From contig OX597825.1 in assembly GCA_951406725.2 (NCBI GenBank), positions 23,312,001 through 23,376,000 of the forward strand: 64,000 nt of DNA, given 5' to 3'. The notes beneath the pieces were generated by a model that ran no database searches, was not told where the DNA came from, and saw nothing but the letters and a program-made list of their open reading frames with translations. The stretch's first letter is position 1, and every line of letters starts with the position of its first letter. Position numbers and translations under genes: made by a program. The DNA is from Octopus vulgaris (taxonomy: Eukaryota). This document shows positions 11,407 to 23,880 of this stretch, one piece after another.

Positions 11407-12684
11407 GGACTTTTAGAAGGACTCAAATTCATCTTAGAGAATAATTTCTTCACCTTCAACAACAAATTCTACAGACAGAAATCAGGGACGGCAATGGGAA
11501 CGAAGACAGCTCCCACTTACGCCAACTTAGTCATGGGATACCTGGAAATCACCCTCTATAATAACGTTCTTAACCAATTTGGCACCACTCTCCACACACA
11601 CATAGAGAAGAACTGGAAGAGATATCTTGATGACTGCTTCATCCTTTGGCCCGAAACCGTCGAGAAGCTTAACGAATTTCACACTCTTATAAATAGGCTC
11701 AACACAAAGATTATTTTCACAATGGAATACAGCCCTCAACAAATTCCCTTCCTCGACATCCTCATTAAAATTCACAACAAAAAAATAGAAACAGATATAT
11801 ACTACAAGCCCACAGACTCCAAGCAATACCTCCCTTTCAATTCATGCCACCCTAGACACGTTAAAATTAACATTCCCTACAACTTAGCCAAGAGAATTTG
11901 CACTATAGTCTCCAATAAAAACACCCGTCTCTTACGTCTACAAGAACTCAAGGGCACATTAACAAGCAGGGATTACCCCACGTCACTAATTGACAATGGG
12001 ATCCAACGCGCCCTAAAACTCAGCACGCAGGAACTTAGACGCCCTAAACCTGTTACATCGAAACCCCATACTCTACCATACATCTCTACACACAACCCCC
12101 TCAACAATGAAGCTTTTGACACCATCCTCCAGAACATTCCTGTATTACAAAAGGACCATAGAATGAACCAAATCCTCCTAACACACGAAATCATAAAGAG
12201 CAAAAGGCAACCCAAATCATTGAAAACCATCCTAACAAATGCCAAAGTACTGCCAACCACAACAACTAAACCCACAGTAAACAAATGCAATAGACCCAAC
12301 TGTAGTATATGCATCAACCTAATAGAAGGTCCGGAATTCCTTTTTAAACAAGGACAACGTTTCACAGTAAAACACAACTTCACATGCGCATCAGAAAACC
12401 TAGTATATGTCTTAACTTGCTCGGGCTGTAATGAACACTACATAGGCCAAACAAAAAATAGCCTCCGCCAACGCATGACTGTCCACAGATCCCAAATAAA
12501 AATACAGGAATATAGAAAAATAGCATTTAGTGCACATATTGATACCTGTGCCGCACAACTCCATCCCAATTTTAGAATCTTTCCCCTCTACAAATTTAAA
12601 GACAATGCCACTCATACCCAGCGAATAACCATGGAATCCCACCTTATTAATAAATACAGACCACTTCTAAATACATGCCCCTAA
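11404..12684 (+). CDS. 5'-truncated Penelope-like element ORF (Neptune-type): RT C-terminal half plus GIY-YIG endonuclease
   Basis: Open frame from the (AT)n edge: FILENNFFTFNNKFYRQKSGTAMGTKTAPTYANL...WKRYLDDCF...IPFLD...YYKPTDSKQYLPFNSCHP, Cys linker CNRPNCSIC, then NLVYVLTCSGCNEHYIGQT...R...H...E...LN. No stops over ~425 codons. Confidence 0.93.
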
Positions 12685-13540
12685 CACGAACCCACAACAA
12701 ACACACTTACACCTGCACACACCCTACACACACCTTTACCCAGATATTAACACCATGACACACACAAATATATGGTTCCACACATACACATAATTGAATA
12801 CGGGTGCAAAACATCCAACACTATTTTTTGGAAATGGCTGTAAATATTGACTTCACACAAATACGTTGCTTCCCGATACAGGCACAAGGCCAGCAGAACT
12901 ATAAATATTGAAAATTGTACCCACACACACACACACATATATACACGCGCGCGCGCCCCAACATACATATAAACACACACACGCGCGCGCACACACATAC
13001 ATACATACAGCTCTCCCTGTTCTAAACGAACTTACTTATCCAGTCAAGCGGAAAATACACTCCCTAACTACGCGCTAAAAAGCTATTTAAAATATCCACA
13101 TGACGTCTACTGACCAGCCTGAACAATAAGAATTTTCAACAACACTATTTTCGAAAATTCTAAACATTCACGTGACCTCTTTATTATGGCCAATAAGAAA
13201 TTTTAGGCGGGACACTAGCCAAATTTTAACTTCTCTGGAGCCTTTTTTCTTACCCCAACACCAACTTCCATTCAAACATTCACGTGACCCCTTCATAATG
13301 ACCAATCAAAATTTTAGGCGCGAAACCAAGCAAATCCAAAACAACTCTGGAGCCTCTTTTTTTCCACATATAAGAGACAGACTCTAATCTCTCTTTTATA
13401 TTTTGATAAGCATAACAAATGCGCAACCGGTAAAAGAACATTCACCTAGTTAAATTACTTAAATTACTTCAATTATTTGTCAGCATTTTCTTCATTTCCT
13501 TTTTTATATATCACCACTCGTGTTCGACATCTCCTTTTTT

Positions 13541-13542
<2 letters not shown>
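12685..13542 (+). mobile_element. 3' UTR / pseudo-LTR of the Penelope-like element, ending at (TA)n
   Basis: Continues directly from the ORF stop, contains a 112-bp tandem duplication and a TATA-like element, and is followed by (TA)n at ~13543-13590. Confidence 0.6.
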
Positions 13543-13591
<49 letters not shown>

Positions 13592-13801
13592 TAATAAAAG
13601 GAATTCCAACCTTGTCTGATTTTCACGTTTTATTTACAATCTTATAATGATATAATATAATATAATAAAATAATAGAATGTTAAATGTTCATTCTCATTG
13701 AACTAGTACTTTCATGCATTAAATTATGCAATCTTCAGGTTCATGTAGTAGTGGTGACAGTCATGCTTCACAATTTTTGACTGTCTATATGTATATATAT
13801 G

Positions 13802-13850
<49 letters not shown>

Positions 13851-15658
13851 TTAATATATATATATACTTAATCATATCGAAGGGAAATGAAAATTAATAG
13901 AAATTTTCACTTCCAGTGGCCTAGTGTATAAAAATTTAGTCCAAAGACTAAGTAGATGGTGAATATGCTCTGGAATAATCATTTAAAGATGTTTTTTTAC
14001 ATGCTGTTATTGTTTTTGTTGAATAAAATTTGTTGAAAAAAAGCTGTATTAATTATGCGCCAACCCAATACAAATGTGTGCATGTACACACTCATTTGAC
14101 TTATTTATAAATTACTCACGCGTAAGGTTTTCTGACGGCTGGTCTGGGTGCTATAATACATTATTGAATAAACATAACACAGATGATAGATTAAAAGTCA
14201 TGTAGAAATATAAGGTGACTGTCTTATAAGTCAACAGTTTACATTCGTAAACAATAGGGTTATGGATTCAGGAAATCAAACCTGTTACACAACATAGAAA
14301 TAAATGAAACGGATGAAAGATGAACAAAACATGAAGTTTTAAGGAAATATTTATTTTTACCATTACATCGAATATGCCTTACCTCGACGGGCAGATGATA
14401 AAATCCTAGAGCATACGAAGTAAAAAAAAAAAGGTAATTTCGGACTGTGTGTTCGTATTGTAGTAGTAAAACATAGAGAAAGATATGGTAATGTGTAGAG
14501 AAGACAAAGTGAGTTAGGGAAACTGAGAGGTTGGGTTTCATAGCTGCTGACAGTAAATTTCATTTCTCCATTTGACCATTATCTTTAGTAGCTACCTTGC
14601 TTTGGATCAGGATGCTAACGTTCTGCCCCCGTAACTGATGGTAACTGTCTCTGACTCGAGATTGTCATTCATTAACTAACTGATTGAGTTGTCACGAACG
14701 GACTAACTCATTTGTCACCAAGTGACTCGCTGATTTTTGTTTGGGGTTCTTGCTTTTATAACTATCCAGAAGGATAGGCATAACGTTGAGAACAATAGAT
14801 TTAGTTGGTGGTCTTGTTATCTTAATTCTAGCTTTTGGTGAAATAGAAGAGGGTAGAAAGGTCCAGTGGTGAAGACATTATTTCGGCCAAGCTAAGATAT
14901 CTGGAAAATGTAAAACTGCTGTCACTGAAAAACTATTGTTTTACCGTGAGAAAAGTTATGTTGAAATGTTAATTTAAATTTGGCTATGGGGGATCGAATC
15001 CACTTCAAATGATGAAAAGTAAAGTCGATTTCAGAGGAATTTGAACCCAGAGCGTAAAGACGGACGAAATGTTGTTTAACATTTTGTCCGGCTTGCTAAC
15101 AATTCTGTCAACGCGCCGCCTTAATAATCCTTTTTACTAGGAATTTGTAGGGAGGGGAATAGTCGATCACATCGACCCCAGTCTTTGACTGATACTTAAT
15201 TTATCGACTCCGGCGGAATTTGAGCTCAGAACACAAAGACGAACGAAACGCCGCTAAGCATTTCGCCCAGCGTGCTAACGATACTGTCAGCTCGCTGCCT
15301 TAATAATAATTATTATTATCCTTTCTACTATAGGCATAAAGCCTGAAATTTTTGGGTTGGAGCTGTGGCTTGTCGATTAAATCGGTACTTGACTGTTACT
15401 TTATTTTATCGACCCCGAAGGCAAAGTTGACCATGCCAGGATTCGAATTCAAAGTGTAAAGAGCTGAAGCAAATAATACAAAACACAATTGACGCTCTTT
15501 CAATACACTGTTTAATATTTTAGGTTTTGTTGTTTACCCTCAGATTATTTCTGATTAAGCAAGCGTATATTTAAAGACATTTCAACTGTGACTATCCCGC
15601 CTTTGTTGGGGGGGGGGGGATCTATGTAGGACTACGTTACCAGTGTATCCCTACCTAA

Positions 15659-16053
15659 TCTCTCTATATATAAAACTGAAGTTGTCTGTGTATGACAGTT
15701 TTGGTAGCCTTCAACTAACACTATCTCCTCCGAGACCCTGCGGCGCAAGTTGACCAAAATTGAGAGTATGATAGAAGAAGGCTTGTTCTTCCTTCCGTAG
15801 AAGAAAAAAATTCAAATCGGACCATGTTAACACCAAAAATTATTTACATCAAAAAGATGCTTTTTTTTTCTATGAAAATCCCTATTTCTTACGATTTTTT
15901 GACTGCTGTGTCACCATTTTATGATGTATTTCAACCAGAAAAATGTTCACTTAAAGAGAATAACAAGCTACATAATACAAAGGTTTTACTTTTCAAAAAT
16001 TCCAATTCTAAAGGGTCGAAACAAACCCGAGCAACGCCGGACGATATTGCTAG
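15659..16053 (+). mobile_element. Non-autonomous Helitron, family B
   Basis: A|TCTCTCTATATATAAAACTG...acaaacccgagcaacgccggacgatattgCTAG|T. Collinear with 29451-29831. Confidence 0.85.
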
Positions 16054-16668
16054 TTTTAGAAAACGGTGAATTGGATGTAATCTCTAGTAGGTCGTGAGAC
16101 AGCATAGATACCTATTTATTCATAATGGTTTCTGATTTAGGCGCAATGCCATCAGTTACATCGACTTCAGTCTTGATTGATATTTTCTATTTTATGGATT
16201 TTTGAAAGGATGAAAGGTAAAGATGACAGCAGCGAAATTTGAACTCAAAACGTAAAGAGCCAAACTTTTATATACAGTTCCGGACCAAATGTCCGGCAAG
16301 GTTAAGACACGAAGTGTCTCGGTTTTCTGGAGACATCCTAAATATACTCTTTACTCTCTTTTACTCTTTTATATGTAAAATATATAATAAACTACGAAAA
16401 ATACAGAACTAAATTGTATTTAAGAGATTCAAATTAATATACTTCAAAAGCCGGGTCTGTTTGATATTTATTAATCGACTTAAACTTCTTAAATATATCA
16501 TACTGCACCATGTATACAGTATAATGCTTATAAGATGAAAGTTAAACGAAGAAGAAATATGATTTTATTTTACAAATACGGACACAAATTAATACAATTC
16601 AAAAGCAGAACATGTTCAATTTTATGAATCCACTTTATGAAATAAAGAACAAACTATTTTTAATACTC

Positions 16669-17150
16669 TGTATGCATATTAACCAACTTCAAAGACAGAA
16701 TATGTTTTCCCAATACAAACATTGCACGGCATTTCCGGATTTTGGGAAATTCCGGGTTTCTGAAAACCGGATAAATGTCCGGTATTGTATATTACAATAT
16801 GCAACGTACAACAAAAATGGCCGAAAATGAGAAAAAGATTCGGCTGTTTCCGTACTTATTATCGATATGTATTCATTAATGCAGACGACTTCTTTTATTT
16901 TTTAATACAGTGTATGCATATTAACCAACTTCAAAGACAGAATATGTTTTCCCAATACAAACATTGCACTGTATTTCCGGATTTTTGAAAATTCCGGGTT
17001 TCTGGAAACCGGATAAATGTCCGGTATCGTATATTACAATATGCAACGTACAACGTACAACAAAAATGGCCGAAAATGAAAAAAAAAAAGATTCGGCTGT
17101 TTCCGTATTTATTATCGATACGTATTCATTAATGCAGACGACTTCTTTTA
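16669..17150. repeat. Tandem duplication of a ~240-bp unit rich in TCCGG motifs, probably inside an unclassified DNA element
   Basis: tgtatgcatattaaccaacttcaaagacagaatatgttttcccaatacaaacattgcac...gcagacgacttctttta occurs at 16669 and 16911. Confidence 0.8.
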
Positions 17151-17500
17151 TAACTTTCTTTTTTTATTTTAATCCTCAAAAATACATTATGAAAGATCGC
17201 ATGATATAAACTACAATGGTATTTTCAAATTTTATTAAAATTTAAAAAATACGATAAGCAAAATATCCCGATAGATATCGCTGAGACGAATTGGACATTT
17301 TGGAAAAGATAACAGTTACTGTTGTTGTTTGATATCAAAACTTTGTGTAGAGAAGAACTTTGTGTGAGTGTTTTATGGTGTTTATTTCACTGTTATACGT
17401 TCGATCGAAATGATAGGCAAATAGACGATCTATTGTTTAAATATCGGTAAAACCATTGTATGAGATTTTTCTCTTTAAATCTTTTAAATCTTCATTTTGC

Positions 17501-18438
17501 TACATACAAACGTACGTACACACATGCATGCATATATATATATATATACACATACATACATACGTACATACACACGTACATCATACATACATACATATAT
17601 ACATACATACATCATACATGCATATATACATACATATATACGTACATCATACATATATACATATATACATACATATATATACATACATCATACGTACATA
17701 CATACATACGTACATCATACGTATATATATATACATATATATATATACATACATACATGCATACATCATACATACATGCATACATACATACATATATATA
17801 TATATATATGTACATCATACATGCATACATTCATACATACATCATACATCACACATACATATATACATACATCATATATTCATACATACATACATATATG
17901 TATATACGTACATCATACATACATATATACATCATACATACATACATACATACATACATCATACATATATACATACATACATCACACATACATACATCAC
18001 ACATACATATATACATACATCATACATACATATATATACGTACATCATACATATATACATACACATACATACATACATACATACATACATGCATGCATAT
18101 ATACATACATATATACATACATACATACATACATACATGCATGCATATATACATACATATATACATACATACATACACACATACATACATACATACATAC
18201 ATACACACATACATACATACATACATACATACATACACACATACGTACATACATACATACATCATACATATATACATACATACATCACACATACATATAT
18301 ACATACATCATACATACATATATATACGTACATCATACATATATACATACACATACATACATACATACATACATACATACATACATACATGCATGCATAT
18401 ATATACTACATACATACATACATACATACATACATACA

Positions 18439-18472
<34 letters not shown>

Positions 18473-18650
18473 CATACATATATACACATATACATACATA
18501 CATACACATACATACATACATACATACATACATACATACATACATACATACATACACACATACATACATACATCTAAACTTATACGTATATACACCTACA
18601 CATGTTTACATACATGTATACACATACATATATACATACGTGTGTGTGTG
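17501..18650. repeat. Long compound (ATAC)n/(AT)n microsatellite
   Basis: Directly visible; produces the spurious H/I/T/Y-rich ORFs. Confidence 0.97.
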
Positions 18651-18703
18651 TAATATTTTATATAAATAACAAGTGTTCAAATGTTTTAATACTAAAGCAT
18701 TTC

Positions 18704-18825
18704 GGCAGAGGTAAAGAATACGCACACCACCCCTTTTCGGCATAACCCTAATCCTAACCCTAACTTTAACCCAAAACCCTAATCCTAACCCCTAACACCG
18801 GATGTGCTTATTCTTTACCTTCACC
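18704..18825. mobile_element. 122-bp MITE with GG...CC TIRs, 8-bp TSD and internal (CCCTAA)n
   Basis: TIRs ggcagaggtaaagaatacgcacacc / gatgtgcttattctttaccttcacc. TSD agcatttc / agtatttc. Confidence 0.8.
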
Positions 18826-19539
18826 AGTATTTCGTGTACTGAGTCTTAGTTTTTCTCGGATTTAACCCACGAACACACACAGACATACATACACACATTC
18901 ATTATACATCATCATCACTATTTAGCGTTCGTTTTCCATACTGGCATGATTTGACAGATCTGGCGAGCTAAAGGATTGAACCCACCTCTGGTATCTATCT
19001 GATTTGTGATGGTTTCTACGGCTGGATGCCTTTCCTAACGCCAACCAACTTTACTGAGTATACTAGGTACTCTTTATGTGGCATCAACACCAGGCCATGC
19101 TGGAGCACCACCTTTAGTCGAGCAAATCGACCCCAGGACTTATTCTTTGTAAGCCTAGTACTTATTCTATCAGTCTGTCTTGCCAACCGCTAAGTTACGG
19201 AGACGTAAACACACCAGCATTGATTGTCAAGTGATGTTGGGGAGACAAACACAGACACAAACATATACACACCCATACATATATATATATATAAGTTACT
19301 TGCAAGAGAAAGACCCCTCAACTGAACGGGGCATTGTATTGAGGAAGGTGGCATTGTGATAGGTTATGAGTGGTTAGAATAAGAAAGAGGGTCACGGACA
19401 AGTGTCTTGCTGTAGTGGTGGTACATGGATACTCAAGTTGGGGAAAAAGAGAGGCATTTTGTCTAAAAATGCAAAGCTATACCACATCAATAATGTCAGT
19501 GCTTTCATCAATCACAATGGAAAAGGCCGGAAGAATGTA

Positions 19540-19699
19540 GGCGCAAGAGTGGCTGTGTGGTAAGTTGCTTGCTTACCAACCACATGGTTTCGGGTTCATT
19601 CCCACTGCGTGGCACCTTGGGCAAATGTCTTCTACTATAGCCTCGGGCCGACCAAAGCCTTGTGAGTGGATTTGGTAGACGGAAACCAAAAGAAGCCCG

Positions 19700-19795
<96 letters not shown>

Positions 19796-20018
19796 ATGGG
19801 TGTGTATATGTTTGTGTGTCTGTGTTTGTCTCCCCAACATCACTTGACAATCAATGCTGGTGTGTTTACGTCTCCGTAACTTAGTGGTTCGGCAAAAAGA
19901 GATTGATAAAATAAGTACTAGGCTTACAAAGAATAAGTCCTGGGGTCGATTTGCTCGACTAAAGGCGGTGCTCCAGCATGGCCGTAGTCAAATGACTGAA
20001 ACAAGTGAAAGACTAAAG
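19540..20018 (+). mobile_element. tRNA-derived SINE, family 2, with internal (TA)n(TG)n; representative
   Basis: Head ggcgcaagagtggctgtgtggtaag...gggttcattccc, centre ccttgggcaa.tgtcttctactatagcc, tail gaaacaagt.aaaga. Other copies at ~20550-20965(-), 23270-23655(-), 45140-45550(-), 49070-49436(-), 50102-50502(+), 60890-61320(-) and 62660-63075(-). Confidence 0.85.
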
Positions 20019-20183
20019 ATTAATGTATTTTATTTTTGTTAAGTTAGTTTAAGTTTTCAGGCATAATATGTTCTGCAATAGTGTTCTTTGATAATGGTGC
20101 ATCTGAAAATAAATGCTGTTTTTGAGACCTTAATTGTACATGAACTACAGCATCAATATTTTTATTGAGGTTTTAAAAAGATT

Positions 20184-20214
<31 letters not shown>

Positions 20215-20758
20215 TGATAATTTTAAGAATATGTTCAGCAAAATATCTGCTGATTGTTTTAGTTGAAGAATATTTTGTCATAACCTCTGACCCTATTATT
20301 TTTTAATTACTCTTTCACAACAGAAAGTATTTACTGCAAGTCAACTTGGTTTATTCCTCCTATAGAAATCTTTTTCTCTTTTATTCTTTGTTGCTATTCT
20401 GTATTCACCATCAACTTGTCTTTGATGTAATGGGATTAGGCTAATATAAAACAATTTGTAAGACCAGAATTTCCTTTACTGAAGACTTTACACTATTATT
20501 AATAACAAAATATTTACATTTTTGAGCAGCACATTCCCCTCCATTGATTACTCTTTACTTGTTTCATGTGACTGTGGCCATGCTGGAGCACCGCCTTTAG
20601 TTGAGCAAATTGACCCCAGGACTTATTCTTTGTAAGCCTAGTACTTATTCTATTGTGGTCTCTTTTGCCAAGCTGCTAAATTACGGGGACGTAAACACAC
20701 CAGCATCGGTTGTCAAGCGATGTTGGGGGAACAAACACGCACAAACGTATACACACTC

Positions 20759-20804
<46 letters not shown>

Positions 20805-21387
20805 GACGGGCTTCTTTCAGTTTCTGTCTACCAAATCCACTCACAAGGCTTTGGTCCGCCTCGAGGCTATAGTAGAAGACACTTGCCCAAGGTGACACAT
20901 AGTAGGACTGAACCCGGAGCCATGTGGTTGGTAAGCAAGCTACTTACCACACAGCCACTCCTACGCATTGATTGTGGATTATGATAGCCAATTTATCACA
21001 TTTATTTTGATCAAGCAATGTAACTAACACAGGATAATTAGCTAACTGAAATTAACACTTTCAGCATCTACCAAGAATCATTCACTGGAACAAGCAACTG
21101 TATATATTATTCTGAAAATAGACACCATTCAAAACCCAGAAATATAAAGATCACAGCCATACTTTATCCAGTATGTGACACGATTTTATTGATTACCTTT
21201 TACTGGTTTTAGTCATTGGAGAGCAGCCATATTACAGCACAGCCTTAAAAGGTTTACTCAAACTAAATAACCCCAATATATATATATCTTATTTAAGTCT
21301 GATACTTATTTTATTGATCCCTTTTGGTGAACTGCTATGTTACAGGAATGTAAAAAAAATAACAACCATGGTCAAGCAGTTTCAAGT

Positions 21388-21621
21388 GGCAATCTTACGG
21401 TACAAGTACCATAATTGCCATGTGTGTTTGTGTACATTTAAAGAAGATCATCACTCTCCATAAAGTTTTTTTTTTATATATGGGGGGGGGGTTAGGGTTA
21501 GGGTTTGTATTAAGGTTAGGGTTAGGGGTGAGAGAAAAGGGTTTCTTTTTTCTTCAGAAATGTAAACAAACCCACGTGAGTTTATAATTGGTAGTCATGG
21601 TACTTGTACCGTAAGATCACC
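21388..21621. mobile_element. 234-bp MITE with GG...CC TIRs, perfect 9-bp TSD and internal TTAGGG repeats (Merlin/MULE-like), inserted in an old SINE
   Basis: TIRs ggcaatcttacggtacaagtaccataattgcca / tggtagtcatggtacttgtaccgtaagatcacc. TSD gtttcaagt at 21379-21387 and 21622-21630. Confidence 0.88.
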
Positions 21622-22603
21622 GTTTCAAGTCAGTAGGAACCCAACACAAAGATACACCCACACACATTCACATATTCAACAATCTCCAATAGTTTCCATC
21701 TACCAAGTTTAGTAGTTTAGTTGAAAATGACCATTATCTCAAGCTAGTGGAAATATATTTCACAAGAATCAAGAATGCACATACTTTCGGGTAGGAAGAA
21801 TTCATTTAGCTGTGTGCTAAATTTTCCTTTGACTTAATTTCTTTGCAATAATTTTATACTCTGAGAAATAAGTATTGGCTTATGTTCATTAAACTGGTGA
21901 AGTTTTGTGTTAATGGGTGAAGTTTTATAGACATTTGTTTGCATGGTGATATTATATAATGTGTGCTGTGCTGTAAACTTTGGGTCTTAGGAGAATTGAA
22001 GTTAAAGTTGGATACACTTAAGAGAATCATGTTTGTTATGTGTTAAGCTGATCTGATAGGATTAAGCTTATACTTTTTATAGCTGAATGTTAATAACTCA
22101 GTCATGTAATACAATGCAACTATTTTTAGCTTCATTTTCTTACCATCATTATATAACGTCTTCCTTCCATGCTGGCATGGGTTGGATGGTTTGACAGGAG
22201 CTGGCCATGTTTTGGCAGGGTTTTTATGGCTGGATGCCCTTCTTAACACCACCCACTTTGTAGAGTGGGCTGAATGCTTTTTACATGACACTCGCACAGT
22301 GGAGGTAGTGGGGTCAGTTTTGGCGTGGTTTTTACAGCTGGATGACCTTCCAAATGCCAACACTTTACAGTGTGGACTGGGTGCTTTTTAAGTGGCACCT
22401 GCACTGGCGGAGTTACCAGTTATGATGCTAAACTAAAGAAATTTTATGCAAACATATATAATTTATTTTTTTTTTGTCTGATAAGAATGTACAAATAGTT
22501 CAACCGAAGTTTTATAATGTTTGCTTGTCGTATAGTTGTTGTCAAACATAACTCATTGTCCTATCTTTACTAGTTTAGCAACTTTAAGCCTCCTCCTCCT
22601 CCT

Positions 22604-22990
22604 CATCATCATCGTTTAACATCCGTTTTCCATGCTAGCATGGGTTGGACGGTTCGACCGGGGTCTGGGAAGCCAGAAGGCTGCACCAGGCTCCACTCTG
22701 ATCTGGCAGAGTTTCTACAGCAGGATGCCCTTCCTAATGCCAACCACTTCGTGAGTGTAGTGGGTGCTTTTTACGTGCCACCGGCACAGGTGCCAGGCGA
22801 GGCTGGCAACGGCCACGATCGCTTGGTGCTTTTTACGTGCCACTGGCACAGGGATCACAGCTACTATTTCCATTGATGTTTGATGTTGATGTACTCGACT
22901 CAATAGGTCTCCTTAAGCACAGGGTCGAAACGGTGTTTCTTTACTTGCCACCTGCACAGGAGTCAGTCCAGTGGCACTGGCAACGGCCTG
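22604..22990 (-). mobile_element. SINE or LINE-tail repeat, family 3, ending in a (GAT)n tail on the minus strand; representative
   Basis: catcatcatcgtttaacatccgttttccatgctagcatgggttggacgg...ctggatgcccttcctaatgccaaccac recurs at ~1040-1245(+), 18908, 22144, 40284, 45780, 57710, 58095 and 63690. Confidence 0.75.
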
Positions 22991-23771
22991 TTTCTATTTA
23001 TTTCTATGTTAAATCAAAGTAAACCGGTTAAAATTCTAATTTAGGTACAAGGCTGACAATTTTCAAGAGAACAGAGTTGAGACAATTACACCTATCTATA
23101 AAATAATAACCCTATTTTATCCACCCTGGAAGAATAAAAGACAGAGCTGACCTTGAAAGGATCTGGACTCAGAATATAAAAACCAGAATAAATACCACAA
23201 GGCATTTTCTCAATGCTCTAACTATTCTTCCAATCATCTTCCCCCAGCACCAATCCAGTACCGTTCCTCTTTTACTTGTTTCACTCATTAGACTGTGGCC
23301 ATGCTGGAGCACCACCTCGAGGAATTTTTTGTCAACTGAATCGACCCTAGTGCCTATTTCTTTTTAAGCTTGGTATTTATTCTGTTGGTCTTTTTTGCTG
23401 AACTGCTAAGTTACAGGGACATAAACACACCAACACCAGTTGTCAGGCAGTGGTGGCAGACAAACACAGACACAAAGACACATACACACACACACACAAT
23501 GGGCTTCTTTCAGTTCCCGTCTATCATATCTACCCACAAGGCTTAGTCAGCCTGAGGCTATAGTAGAAGATAATTGCCCAAGGTACCACACAGTGGGACT
23601 GAACCACCAACCATGTGGTTGGGAAGCAAGCTTCTTACCACACAACCACACCTAAATTTTATGCATAACACACCAGAAAATACCAAATTCTAACTCAGTA
23701 TATGCATAAAAATATTAAAAAATGTATTTAATTCCTCTAATGTTAAACAGTTTCTTTTTCAGGTTGGCAAC

Positions 23772-23814
23772 ATGACGGATTCTCCTGAGCTAGATCAACT
23801 CATACAAAATTATG
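23772..23814 (+). CDS. Coding exon 1 (exon starts 23763) of a small-exon coiled-coil gene, SIX6OS1/C14orf39-like
   Basis: Acceptor tttctttttcag|GTTGGCAAC ATG (A at -3), reading MTDSPELDQLIQNY plus one G, then donor TATG|gtatgt (phase 1). Confidence 0.7.
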
Positions 23815-23880
23815 GTATGTTGTTATATTTTCCCCATACTTTAACTAACATTTTAATAAATACTGATTTCAAATTTTAAA

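Noticed and set aside
14283-14950. Possible solo LTR (minus-strand TATAAAAG at ~14753, AATAAA at ~14351)
   Set aside because: No convincing TG...CA boundaries with a TSD could be identified.
17456-18669. Long ORFs of 373-397 aa rich in H, I, T and Y
   Set aside because: All three frames are open only because (ATAC)n has no stop codons; this is microsatellite.
20601-20984. Recurrent 60-150 aa ORFs (MSKLTPGLILCKPSTYS..., HKALVGPRL, AIVEDTCPR)
   Set aside because: Chance frames of the family-2 SINE, with frame and length differing between copies.
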